The notes beneath the pieces are model-generated. The model saw only the letters and a program-made list of their open reading frames with translations, was not told where the DNA came from and searched no databases. A stretch of DNA of 64,000 nucleotides. Source: Squalus acanthias (Eukaryota). Shown here one piece after another: positions 21,776 to 34,765 of the stretch. Position numbers and translations under genes: made by a program. Each line of letters starts with the position of its first letter. Positions within the stretch are counted from its first letter, which is position 1. The stretch spans positions 38,132,001-38,196,000 of the forward strand of contig CM059432.1 of the NCBI GenBank assembly GCA_030390025.1. Reading direction: 5' to 3'.

Positions 21776-24265
21776 GTGGATAGGCCGACAAGAGGTGGGG
21801 CCACGTTGGATTTAGTACTGGGTAATGAACCGGGCCAAGTGTTTGATTTGTATGTGGGAGAGCACTTTGGAGATAGTGACCACAATTCGGTAACTTTCAC
21901 TATTGCAATGGAGAGGGATAGGGCCATACCGCAGGGCAGGGTTTATAATTGGGGGAGGGGTAATTATGATGCGATTAGGCAAGAATTAGGGAGTATAAGA
22001 TGGGAACAGAAACTATCAGGGAAAGGCACAAACGAAAAGTGGAGCTTTTTCATGGAGTAATTACTGCGTGTCCTTGATAGGTATGTCCCTGTCAGGCAGG
22101 GAGGAAATGGCCGAGTGAGAGAACCATGGTTCACAAAAGAGGTTGAATGTCTAGTCAAGAGGAAAAAGGAAGCGTATGTAAGGATGAGAAAACAAGGTTC
22201 AGTTGGGTCGATTGAGGGGTACAAGGTAGCAAGGAATGAGCTAAAAAAAGAGCTTAGGAGAGCTAGGAGGGGGCATGAGAAGTCCTTGGCGGGTCGGATC
22301 AAGAAAAACCCCAAGGCTTTTTACTCTTATGTGAGAAATAAAAGAATGACCAGGGTGAGGGTAGGGCCGGTCAAGGACAGTAGTGGGAACTTGTGCATGG
22401 AGTCAGAAGAGATAGGAGAGGTGATGAATGAATACTTTTCGTCAGTGTTCACCGAGGAGAGGGGCCATGTTCTTGAGGATGAGATTGTGATAAAAGTGGA
22501 TAGGCTGGAGGTGGTAGATGTTCTGAGGGAAGATGTTTTAGCAATTTTGAAGAACCTGAGGGTCGATAAGTCCCCTGGGCCAGATGGGATATATCCTAGG
22601 ATTCTTTGGGAGGCAAGGGAGGAGATTGCAGAGCCTCTGGCTTTGATCTTTGGGTCCTCACTGTCCACGGGGTTGGTGCCAGAGGACTGGAGAGTGGCGA
22701 ATGTTGTTCCTCTCTTCAAGAAAGGAAATAGGAATGACCCTGGTAATTATAGGCCGGTTAGTCTTACTTCGGTGGTTGGTAAGATAATGGAAAAGGTCCT
22801 GAGGGATAGGATTTATGACCATTTGGAAAGGGGCAACTTAATCAGGGATAGTCAACACGGATTCGTGAAGGGTAAGTCTTGCCTAACAAATTTGATTGAA
22901 TTCTTTGAGGAGGTAACTAAGTGTGTAGATGAAGGTAGAGCAGTTGATGTCGTATACATGGATTTTAGTAAGGCGTTTGATAAGGTTCCCCATGGTCGTC
23001 TCATGAAGAAAGTAAGGAGTTGTGGGATAGAGGGAAATTTGGCCGATTGGATAAGTAACTGGCTATCTCATAGAAGTCGCACAACACCAGGTTATAGTCC
23101 TGAGGAAGGGGCAATCGATAGCTCCGAAAGCTTGTGATTTCAAATAAAACTGTTGGACTATAACCTGGTGTTGTGCGACCTCTCAATTTTATCTCATAGA
23201 AGGCAGAGGGTGGTGGTGGATGGAACATTTTTCGGACTGGAGACCAGTTACCAGCGGTGTGCCACAGGGGTCGGTGCTGGGTCCTCTGCTGTTTGTGATT
23301 TTTATCAATGACTTGGAGGAGGGGACTGAAGGGTGGATCAAAAAATTTGCTGATGACACCAAGATTGGTGGAGTAGTGGATGAGGTGGAGGGCAGTTGTA
23401 GGCTGCAAAGAGACATTGATAGGATGCAGAGCTGGGCCGAAAAATGGCAGATGGAATTTAACCCTGATAAGTGCGAGGTGATTCATTTTGGTAGGGCAAA
23501 TTTGAATAAGGATTACAGGGTCAACGGCAGGGTTCTGAGGAACGTGGAGGAGCAGAGGGATCTGGGGGTTCATATCCACAGATCTCTGAAGGTTGCCACT
23601 CAAGTGGATAGAGCAGTAAAGAAGGCCTATGGTGTGTTGGCGTTTATTAACAGAGGGTTTGAGTTTAAGAACCGTGAGGTTATGCTGCAACTGTACAGGA
23701 CCTTGGTGAGACCACATTTGGAATATTGTGTGCAGTTCTGGTCACCTCACTATAGGAAGGACGTGGAAGCATTGGAAAGAGTGCAAAGGAGATTTACCAG
23801 GATGCTGCCTGGTTTGGGGGGGAGGTCTTATGAGGAAAGATTGAGGGAGTTGGGGCTTTTCTCTTTAGAGCGGAGGAGGATGAGAGGCGACTTAATAGAG
23901 GTTTATAAGATGATGAGGGGGATAGATAGAGTGGATGTTCAGAGACTATTTCCTCGGGTAGAGGCAGCTGTTACAAGGGGGCATAACTATAAGGTGCATG
24001 GGGGAAGATATAGAAGGGATGTCCGAGGTAGATTCTTTACTCAGAGAGTGGTTGGGGTGTGGAATGGACTGCCTGCTGTGATAGTGGAGTCGGACACTTT
24101 AGGAACTTTCAAGCGGTTATTGGATAAGCACATGGAGCACACCAGAGTGATAGGGAGTGTGATAGCTTGATCTTGGTCTCGGACAATGCTCGGCACAACA
24201 TCGAGGGCCGAAGGGCCTGTACTGTGCTGTACTGTTCTATGTATCTATTCTATGTATCTATGTAT
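21776..24265 (+). mobile_element. CR1 LINE, 5'-truncated, interrupted by a Penelope-like insert
   Basis: ORFs 21776-22060, 22115-23137, 23220-24170; CTATGTAT tail. Confidence 0.93.
23077..23189 (+). mobile_element. Penelope-like element 3' remnant with minimal hammerhead core
   Basis: 13-bp TSD TATCTCATAGAAG; 25-bp inverted repeat; CTGAGGA-stem-GAAA; AATAAA. Confidence 0.7.
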
Positions 24266-24284
24266 ACTCCTCACGTGTAGAAAG

Positions 24285-25939
24285 TGTAAGGGGTTTTGTC
24301 TCTGGGACTGGTGCGAGGTGAGGCTTTCGTTGCCTGTATTATTGTTTGCTCTGGTCTCCGGCCAGCCTTTGACAATAAGCACCTGTGAGTGGTTCGACCC
24401 ACTCGCCCCTACGGTTCTGACACCTGGACTTAGATGCAAGGAGCAGTAATGCAGAGAAAAGACTCACATAGACCTGGTTGAATATCACGAAACGAATGTC
24501 TTTATTGCATGGCGTCTAAAATCATGAAATACATATCGTAGGCACAGATCAAAGAGAGTACCAGTATACACACGTTCATAAAACTTGGTCTAGGGAAATG
24601 GAGAACACACGGCACATCGTAAAAAGGGGAACACATTATACCTTAACCTTATTAAAAACCACCCTCCCTTAACAATACCTAAACTACGTCTGGATTTGTA
24701 GGATCGGGAAACATGCTCACCACTCGGTTTACTTCGGAAATTTAAAATGAGGCTCTCGGCTCGCTCCGCTGCGGCACCTGACTGTCACGTGGCTGTAAGA
24801 GTTTCTGCACCCCACTTGTTTACGCTCGCTGCTGCGAATGGGTCCACTTGGGGCGGCCCCCAGTAAAGTTCGTTGCGGGTGGCTCAGGCTACCTGCTCAA
24901 AGAGCCGGAGGGTAAGCCAGACTCCCTGATGTTATGAAGTGGTTCTTTGGACACAGACCGTCTTAGAATTCAAAGAAGAATCTTCCTGTATTACTTTTGG
25001 GCGCGGTCGGGGTTTACTGACTGCGGCGGCACGTGGAATTTCTTCTCGTCTTTCTTCTCGTCTTCTTCTTGATGACTCGGGCCTCCGGGTCCGGCCACCG
25101 TTTACCGACACTCGGGATGGTGCACCCCGGTACCTGACCTGTCGAGGTGACTCGTTCCGATCGAGCTCCACCCAACATTTGCTCCGCTGAAGGAACCAAC
25201 GAGCGGGGCAGAGACCTGCGAAGAGTCCGACGTCACGAGCAAAACCGTCAAGAGTCCAGGGCAGAGAATCAGGAGTCAGGCCAAGAGTCAAGAGAGCGAT
25301 GGACATTTGTCCGGTGTAGTTATACTGTTTGTCGACCTTATCTCCCGCTCAAATCTAAACGGTTATTCTTTGTGTAATTTTGGTGCCCAAGACTCCCAGC
25401 ATGGGGCAATTATCTTCTTAACGGGTTTCGGTATCACCCGAAACTGGCCAACTATACGTTAATGTCTTTACCATTGTTGAACTAGCCAGGGCGGGTCTGA
25501 ATCGTCTCCTCGACTGGTTTTGGGCCCCCCCCCCCGAATACTGGTTTAATCACCCGTCAATGTCTCTCTCATTGTAGAGCCGGGGGGATATTTGTGTATT
25601 GATGTGTCTGGATGGGTTTTTGATGGCTTAGTTCAGCGATACTTATTGTGCGTGTAAAGCGATTCCAGCACTTATCTCATTGCTTAGTTCAAAAATGCAA
25701 ACGGGTTGCATCCTGTCTTTTCAATGTGTACCGAGTATGATCTCATATCGAATGTATATTCGACGCCATCTTGTCTGCCCACTGTGTTTCTGGAAGCTTC
25801 TGCCACGATGCGCGGCGGCCATTTTACAGGCTTCTGTGTCCTTTATTATCAGGACAGCATTCCGTTTAATAAAAATGATCAATCGAATTATACTGTTTCT
25901 CTCGTCTTATTTGAATCGCGATAATTGCGAAACTCTACA
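24285..25939 (-). repeat. Solo LTR related to the LTR at 19580-21203
   Basis: TGTA...TACA termini, 4-bp TSD AAAG, colinear but diverged homology. Confidence 0.88.
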
Positions 25940-26100
25940 AAAGACATCTCAGATCTCAGGAAAGGAATGCATTGGGTACTGAGCATGGGAAAGGAGAGGG
26001 GAATAGAAGGCTAGGATAGGGAACTGATGTCATTGTTGAAGAGAAGAGAATTGAGGAGGTTTTTGAAAGCAAGGAGGTGGCAAGATAGAGGGAACTAGAT

Positions 26101-26443
26101 TAGGGTTGCCAACTCTCCTGGATAGTCCTGGAGTCTCCAGGTATTAACGATTAATTTCCTGGACACTCCTGCGAGCAATCGAGAAGGCACATTTCTTCTG
26201 TTTTGCTCCGGCCAAACTCACAACAAATAGCAGGGCTACAATGTGCCTGGAATGCAATGTAGCTTTGTCACGTGTGTGCTCCAGTGAAACCACACGATGG
26301 ATAGAGCAGTTTCTGGAGCGCAGATGATTTTGGGTATTGTAGCCACCCTTATTGACTGATTGACATGCCAGGCGACCAATGGCGGGAAAATGGGGACGGG
26401 GCAGTGGGAGGCAGAGGTCATGTGATGAGAGTTGGCAACCCTA
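26101..26443. mobile_element. hAT-type MITE
   Basis: Perfect 17-bp TIR TAGGGTTGCCAACTCTC; 8-bp TSD AACTAGAT/AACTAGGT. Confidence 0.85.
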
Positions 26444-26593
26444 AACTAGGTACAGAATTTCCGAGGTCAGCAACACAGTGTTTGAATGAATGTCCACCAA
26501 TAGTAGAGCAGAGACCACAAAGAAGAAAGAGTGTAAAGGTTTGCAGCCGATTTGAACGACACTCAGGAGACTGTCTGCAGCATGTCGCAATTT

Positions 26594-27330
26594 GGGGGAG
26601 AAATTTGGTAACGCCCCGTTTGGGGGTGGTAACCGAATTAGCGCCAACCATTTAGCACCCGGCGTGGGAGTACCGCTCCGGCCGCTAAATTGGGCTTACC
26701 GCCCCGGCAAGGAAGCGGAGCGTTATCTTAGGCGCTCCACTTCCTCTCGGGGCGGTGTCTGGGGCGCAAAGCGCGGTAGTGCAGACGCGTTTCATTGCCC
26801 CTCCCCTTCCATTAAAGGGTAGGGGCCATGCGCACTCTGCAGGCCGTTTGACAGCCTCCATTAGCCCAACAGGGCAGCGTGGTGCTGTGGCTGCAGCCCG
26901 GCTCCAAGACGCGGTGCCGGGCTGCGCGATGGTGGTCACGGCCCACGCCAAGGGCCACCACGAGGGGCTGACCTGGAGGTCCCCCAAAACAATGAAATGG
27001 CGGTGCGGGGCGCAGCCGGGCTCCCCCTTTAAGTACCGCCCCGCGCGCGGAGGTCGGCCCAGTTCGCGACCCGCGAGGCTATCGCTGACATCGCCCACGG
27101 CAGCTTAGTGGGGCGTGACCGAATTTCTGCCACGGGGCGGTAAGGGGCCGTGGCGCTTGGCGATGACATAATTGCCGGCGGCGCAGCATCGCGGGGCGCT
27201 ACCGGCTACCGCTGCCGCTAACCTCCCGCTGAATTTCGCGGGAGGCGTTAGCGGAGCCACGTCCGAGCACTAGGGGATTTGCGCCCCATTAGCGCCCTCG
27301 AGAGGCGCAAACCAACCCAATTTTTCCCCC
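26594..27330. mobile_element. Harbinger-type GC-rich MITE
   Basis: TIRs GGGGGAGAAATT/AATTTTTCCCCC; related to 49321-50068 and 55082-55781; no clear TSD. Confidence 0.75.
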
Positions 27331-27758
27331 ACAATGTCTGCTTCCTTCTCTAAAAATGTATTTATACATCAATCCCATCTTTGATCACTAGATGGCTCTT
27401 TACAACATTTCACAGTTCATTACATCTTTGTTTCAGGAAACAGCAACTTTTTAAAACTAAACTCAAAATATTTATAAAATCCAGATTGTATGTTAGAGGA
27501 TTATTCTTATTATCTTTCATGCAAGTAAACCGTAAGATGGATTTTGGATTTGAGTTGGGTGTCGCCTTTCTGGTCCGCTCTTTCAACACTCAGGATTAAT
27601 CTGTTGTTAGCCAGTGTTTTAGTGTCCTTAATCAACTCTTCTTGCACTGGCTGCAACCTTTCAGACATCTTGATAAGATTTCTTCTGATGCTTCTTAACT
27701 GCTGGCCTCTTGGCTCATCACTTTATTGCAGAACAATTGTGGGTTTCCATTCATTTTG

Positions 27759-29560
27759 CCCCACACACTCCCCCCCACCCCCTCCCACACTCCCCACACT
27801 CCCCACACTCTCCCCACCCCCTCCCACCCCCCCACACTCTCCCCACCCCCTCCTCACCCCCCACACTCTCCCCACCCCCTCCCACCCCCCACACACTCTC
27901 CCCACCCCCTCCCACACCCCACACACCCCCACCCCCTCACCCCACACACTCCCCCCACCCCCTCCCACACACACCCCCCACCCCCTCCCACACCCCACAC
28001 ACTCCCCCCACCCCACACACTCCCCCCCCCCCCTCCCGCACCCCCCACACTCCCCACACTCCCCACCCCCTCCCACCCCCCCACACTCTCCCCCCCCCCC
28101 CCCCCCCCACACTCCCCCCACCCCCTCCCCCCCCCCACACTCCCCCCACCCCCTCCCCACCCCACACACTCCCCCCCACCCCCTCCCACACCCCCCACAC
28201 TCCCCACACTCTCCCCACCCCCTCCCACACCCCCACACTCTCCCCACCCCCTCCCACCCCCCCACACTCTCCCCACCCCCTCCCAGCCCCCCACACACCC
28301 CCCACCCCCTCCCACACCCCACACACTCCCCCCACCCCACACACTCCCCCCACCCCCTCCCACACCCCACACACTCCCCCCACCCCACACACTCCCCCCA
28401 CCCCCTCCCGCACCCCCCACACTCCCCACACTCTCCCCACCCCCTCCCACCCCCCCACACTCTCCCCACCCCCTCCCACCCCCCCCCCCACACTCCCCCC
28501 ACCCCCTCCCCCACCCCACACACTCCCCCCCACCCCCTCCCACACCCCCCACACTCCCCACACTCTCCCCACCCCCTCCCACACCCCCACACTCTCCCCA
28601 CCCCCTCCCACCCCCCCACACTCCCCCCACCCCCTCCCACACCCCACACACTCCCCCCACCCCACACACTCCCCCCACCCCACACACTCCCACACCCCAC
28701 ACGCTCCCCCCACCCCCTCCCCCACCCCACACACTCCCCCACGCCCTTCCACACCCCACACACTCCCCCACACACTCCCCCCCACACTCCCCCCCACACT
28801 CCCCCCACCCCCCACACTCCCCCCACCCCCTCCCACCCCCCCCACACTCCCCCACCCCACACTCCCCCCCCACCCCACACACTCCCCCCCACCCCCTCCC
28901 CCACCCCACACACTCCCCCCCTCCCCACACACTCCCCCCCACCCCCTCCCCCACCCAACACACTCCCCCACCCCACACTCTCCCCCCACCCCACACACTC
29001 CCCCCCACCCCACACACTCCCCCCCCGCACCCTCCCCCACCCCCTCCCCCACCCCACACACTCCCCCCCACCCCCTCCCCCACCCCACACACTCCCCCAC
29101 CCCACACACTCGCCCCACACTCCCCCACCCCACACACTCCCCCCACACTCCCCCACCCCACACACTCCCCCACCCCACACACTCCCCCCACACTCCCCCA
29201 GCCCACACACTCCCCCACCCCACACACTCCCCCACCCCACACACTCCCTCACACCCCACACTCCCCCCCACACTCCCCCCACGCCCTCCCACCACCCCCA
29301 CCCCCCCACACCCCCCCACACTCCCCCCACACCCCACACTACCGCCCCCAAACTCCCCCACCCCCTCCCACACCCCCCCACACTCCCCCCATCCCACACT
29401 CCCCCTCACACCCCCACTCCACCCCCCACACTCCAGACTCTCCCCCACACCCCCAGCCCACCCCACACACCCCACACCCCACACTACCCCCCACACCCCC
29501 ACGTCATGCCCCCCCACTCCCCCACAGCAGTCTCCCCCCCCACACACACAGCCCCCCACG
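27759..29560. repeat. C/A-rich degenerate minisatellite (CCCCACACACTCC-like units)
   Basis: About 1.8 kb almost entirely C, A and T on the plus strand. Confidence 0.95.
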
Positions 29561-29678
29561 TTCTGCCAGGTTTCCCAAATCCTCAGAACCCCTCCCCACC
29601 CCCCCAAACTACCCTGCTCCCAACCCGCCTTCCCCATTAAAATTCAACACTATGTGTGGAGAACTACATTGAGACTTT

Positions 29679-30500
29679 GGCCGCGATTTTGTGATCGATG
29701 TCGGGATGGTTGCGGGTCAGCTGGTTTCCGGGTTCCAGTCCCGCCCCCAGCTGCCTCCGCTCCACAGATGTGTTTTTCCCTTGAATGACCTTGTCAAGCC
29801 CGCCCTGCGGGCTTACCGGCCAATTAACAGGAAGCAGGTCTGATGACGTCATTTGATGATGCGTCATCTGCCGGTTTCCATAAAGGGACCACGCACAATT
29901 TTATTTTGACAGTTGACTTTTCAGTGTTTGACAGCATTGAGGTGCTGAAACATTGACAATCACTGCACAAAGATGAGCTCTTGCACCCAGGCTCTCCAAT
30001 GACTCCCTCCATATGCTGGAACAGATGGCAGCTGCAGGTGAGATGACAGAAGCGATCTGTCACTGGTGAGAAAGGTTCTCCCAATGAGGTGGCACTGGAC
30101 ATACAGTTGGATTTAAAAACTGGTAAGCTAAAGAAATCTGTATATGTATTAAAAATGCAGTAACCAACATTTTCTTTGCTCTGAAACTCACCATGTGCAG
30201 CATTGGATCCTTCACACCACTTCTGCAGCTGTCATCTTTTCACAAACATTAGACCAGACTCACAGCACGCCACACTTACTTGGCGTGTTGTCCAAACATC
30301 GTGAAACCCGACCCAGAAGCAGGAAAATTGAAAAACAGCCTGAAAACTACTGTCAAGTATCTGTTAATAGGCAGGTAATTGCCTTTAATCCGTTTCCCGC
30401 CGCTAGGTGTCGGGTCCATTCGCAAATCGGGGACCCGACACTTGGGAAGGTTGTTTGGAGGCGGGTTGACGGCGGGATCGGAACCCGCCGTCAATCAAAA
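29679..30500 (+). mobile_element. Decayed Harbinger derivative of the 36744-38517 family
   Basis: 29770-30020 matches 36840-37080; 30430-30495 matches 38390-38452. Confidence 0.65.
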
Positions 30501-30656
30501 GGACTAAGGCATTGAAGATTTCACTACTCCAGCCATCTTAGTTTTGATAATTCCTTTTAACGATTTGAGCCAGTGCTTTTTTGATCTTATCTTGAATTTA
30601 ACAATATTTACATGATGCAAAAGTCAAGGGTGATTGGAAGGCACAGGTTAGGATTG

Positions 30657-31855
30657 GTCATAGAATCATAGAATGGTAGCGCACAGAAGGAGGCCATTCG
30701 GCTCATTGTGCCTGTGCCGGCTCTTTGAAAGAGCTTTCCAATTAGTCACACTTCTCTGCTCTTCCCCATAGCCCAGTATTTTTTTCCTTTTCAAGTATTT
30801 ATCCAATTCCATTTTGAAAGTTATTGGGCCTGAATTTCCGATCAGAGGCTTCCTGCGGGCGGATGCCTCCGATCGGAAAAAATCTACGCACTTACCTGCT
30901 GGCTCCGTAGGTCCCGAGACTTCCGATCCTGGGCCTCTCCACTATGAAATGTGCAGAGGCCCAGGTATCCCAGGGGCGCAGGCGGTTCGCAAGCGTCCCT
31001 GGGATCACGTGGGTCATGGGGAACCATTCAAAGAAGGGAATCCCTCTGCACACTTTTGACAGGTCTCTCCGCACAGATCTGCCAAAAGAATGAATGGGGA
31101 TCACTTAAAAAACACAGTTAAACATTAAATAAATTTAAAATTAGTTAAAATTACATTAAATTAGATATATTAAACAAAAATTTAATTTTTTGAAAAAATA
31201 ATTGAAGTTTTTAACGTGGCTAAAAATAAACTTACCTTTTTTAAAAGTATTTTTAAATTATAAATGAGTGAAAAATTTTATTTTTTAATTTTTTTAAACT
31301 CTTACGTTGGTAAAAGCAGGCGTAAGGCCTGCTTTTACCAGACGTAAGATTTTTGAAGGTTTTCGGTGGGCGGAGTTTGTGCAGAAAGCGGAACTCTCTG
31401 CCCGCGGAGGCCCTTCTCCCGGGCAGGCGGGTGATCTGGCAAGAGAATTCTTGACAGATCGCAAGTGGCGGGTTTTAGCACATGCGCTTCGCATGCCTGA
31501 AACTGGCACTTGGGAGGCTCCTGCGCGTGTGTACACACCTCGTACACATCCGTGGGGGTTGGAAAATCCGGCCCATAATTGAATCTGTTTCCACCACCCT
31601 TTCAGGAACTGCGCTTGCTGCCGAAATATTTTTCCCTCATTTTGTCTCTGGTTCTTTTGCCAGTTACCTTAAATCTGTGTCCTCTGCTTACTGAGCCTTC
31701 TGCCCCTGGAAACAGTGTCTCCTTATTTACACTATCAAAACCCTTTAAGATTTTGAACATCTCTATCAAATTTCCCCTTAAACGTCTCTGCTCTAAGGCG
31801 AACAAGCCCAGTTTCTCTCGTCTCTCCACTTAACTTAAGTCTTTCATCCCTGGTA
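30657..31855 (-). mobile_element. CR1 3' fragment interrupted by a MITE
   Basis: LGLFALEQRRLRGNLIEMFK; tail near 30657. Confidence 0.8.
30826..31574. mobile_element. Harbinger-type MITE
   Basis: TIRs GGGCCTGAATTT/AAAATCCGGCCC; flanks ATT/ATA; same family as 11336-11809. Confidence 0.75.
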
Positions 31856-31891
31856 CTCATTCTTCCTACCAAAATGAATCACTTCACATTT

Positions 31892-32316
31892 CATAGAAAC
31901 ATAGAATCTAGGAGCAGGAGTAGGCCATTCGGCCCGTCGAGCCTGCTCCACCATTCAATACGATCATGGCTGATCATCCAAATCCAGTACCCTGTCCCTG
32001 CTTTAATCCCCACAGTACACATATCCCACCCTACCCCCGTAACCCCACGTATTTAATTCCCCCTAACATATCCCATCCTATCCCCATAACCCCACATATT
32101 TAATCCCCCCCTAACACTAAGGGTCAATTTATCATAGCCAAATCAACCTAACCCGCACATTTTTGGACTGTGGGAGGAAACCGGAGCACCCGGAGGAAAC
32201 CCACGCAGACACGGGGAGAATGTGCAAACTCCACACAGACAGTCACCCGAGGTCAGATTCGAACCCGGGTCTCTGGCGCTGTGAGGCACCAGTGCTAACC
32301 ACTATGCCACCGTGTT
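31892..32316 (-). mobile_element. HE1-like V-SINE
   Basis: tRNA-like head, V-domain TGTGTGGAGTTTGCACATTCTCCCCGTG, CR1-type tail; near-identical to 42103-42521. Confidence 0.88.
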
Positions 32317-33927
32317 GAAATTTCTCTGCATTAAATTTCATCTGCCATGTGTCTTCCCATTTCACCAGTCTAAGTCCTACTGAAGTTTATTATTATCCTC
32401 CTCATTGTTTACTACATTTCGGAGTTTCGTTTCAAGCGCATTTTAAAAGTCCATATACACATTAACCGCACTACCCTCATCCACCGTCTCCGTTACTTCA
32501 TCAAAGAACTCAATCAAGTTAGTCGAACATGATTTGCCTTTAACAAATTGTACTGGCTTTCATTTATTAACCTATATTTTTCCAAGTGTCAATTAATTTG
32601 GTCCTGGAATAATATCACCGACGTTAGGGTGATTGGCCTGTAATTGCCGGGTTTATCCCTTTCCCCTTTTTTTTGAAAAGGGGTGTAACATTTGCAATCC
32701 TCCAGTCATCTGGCACCATTCCCATATTTAAGGAGGACTGTGGCTAGAGCCTCCACAATTACCACCCTTACTTCCCTCAACAACCTAGACGGCATCCCGG
32801 ACTGGGTGGCTTTTCCACTTTGAGCGCTGCCAACCTTTTAAGTACCTCCTCTTTATCTATTTTTATTCTATCCAATTTTTCTACTACCTCCTCCTTTAAT
32901 GTGACATTGGCAACTTTCTTTAGTGAACACAGATGCAAAGTATTCATTTAGTACTTCAGCCATGTCCTCTGCCTCCATAATCGGCCCCACCCTTACTTTG
33001 TCTACCCTTTTACTATTTTTATATTTATAAAAGACTTTAGGGTACCCTTTTATGTTACCCACTAATCTATTCTCATACACTCTTGTTGCCCTTCTTATTT
33101 CCTTTTTCAGTTCTCCGCTGTACTTTTTATATTCAGCTTGGTTCTCTACTGCATTATGAACCCGACATTTATCATAAGTTTCCTTTTTCTGTTTCATTTC
33201 AATCTCCATATCTTTAGTCATCCAGGGAGCTCTAGTTTTGAATGCCCTTCCTTTTCCCCTCGTGGGAATGTGTCTAGTCTGTACCTGAACTATCTCCTCT
33301 TTGAAGACCTCTCATTGCTCATTTACTGTTTTACCTGCCAATCTTTGATTCCAATCCACCTGGGCCAGGTCCCATTTCAACTCACTGAAACTAGCCCTCC
33401 TCCAGTTGAATATTTTCCTTTCCTTTTGCATAACTACTCTACACCTAATGATATTGTGATAACTGTTTCCCAAATGCTCTCCCACTGAAACAACCTCCAC
33501 TTGCTCCACTTCATTCCCCAGAACTAGATCCAGCACTGCTTCCTTCCTCGTTGGGCTGGAAACATACTTATCAAGAAAGTTCTTCTGTACACATTTCAGA
33601 ATTCCTCCCCCTCTTTGCCCTTTACACTGTTACTATCCCAGCTTATATTAGGATAATTGAAGACCCCCATTATCATTGCTCTAAAGTTCTTGCATCTTTC
33701 TACAATTTGCCTGCAAATTTGCTCCTCTATCTCTATTCCCACTATTCGTTGGCCTATAGTCTACACCCAGCAGCATAATAGCTCCTCTAGTGTTTCTTAA
33801 TTCTAACCAGATAGATTCTGTCCTTGAACCCTCAAGTACATCATCCATTTCTAGTGCTGTAACAGTATCTTTGATCAATACTGCCACCCCCTGCTTTTTA
33901 TCCTTCCCTATCTTTCCTGAATACCTT

Positions 33928-34765
33928 GGGCTGGATTTTCTTAATGGAGACGTGCTGGAGGCGGGACTTCTGGTTTCTGGGTTTCAGTTCCGCCCCCAGC
34001 GACATCTGACCAACTCATGCTATTTTCCCTTGATTGGCCTTGTTAAGCCCGCCTAACGGCCAATTAAGGGAAAGCCGGTGACAGATGACGTCAGCGTATG
34101 ACGCTTCATCTGTCGAAAAGTTTTTGGACAGATGAATTGTCAGCATTTGACAGCTTTGAGAGGCTGTCAAACACTGACAATCTCTGTTCTAAGGTAAGCC
34201 CTTGCACACAGGCTCACCAAGACCTCTCTCCACAGCAGAAAGCAGATGGCTGCTGCATCTGAGAATGCAGCAGCCAGTCTGTCATCTCAGCCGTTGAGAT
34301 GAGGCACCTCCGAACCCTCAAAGGTTGAAGCCTGCAGGAAGAAGCAAAGGTAAGGAAACTTTTTCCAACACTTTACACTCACCTCTCATAATTACCTGTC
34401 CACACTTGCACCCATCACTCACCTCTACAGCTGACATTTTGACCCCTCCCACCCCCGCAGACCCACTGCTCGCCTCGCTGACCCTGGCGAGGTTCGCAGC
34501 CGTCGGGAAGCCCGCAATTGCAGGGGTAAAATGGGGAAAAGCCTCAAAACTGCCTGTTAACTACCTGTTAACAGGCAGTTAATTGGCTCTAATCCCCTTC
34601 CCGCCTTGAAGAGATGGGTCCCTGCGCGACTCGGGGACCTGCCTCCCGGGAAGATGGCACGGAAGCGGGTTGGGAGCGGGGCCGGTACCCGCTTCCAGTT
34701 TCTGCCATTTTCCCGGCAGTCCCGCCTCCACACCCGCCTCCCCAGGGCTGGGAAGATTTCCCCCC
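33928..34765. mobile_element. Harbinger-type non-autonomous element inserted in CR1 endonuclease sequence
   Basis: TSD CTT; removing it restores PGYKVF; left arm related to the 36744 family. Confidence 0.8.

Noticed and set aside
19580..25939. Two LTRs as the pair flanking one element
   Set aside because: Too diverged, the second has its own TSD, and the sequence between them is CR1 and unique DNA
27544..29788. Long Pro/His/Thr-rich and Gly/Val-rich ORFs in all six frames
   Set aside because: Artefact of a stop-free low-complexity minisatellite
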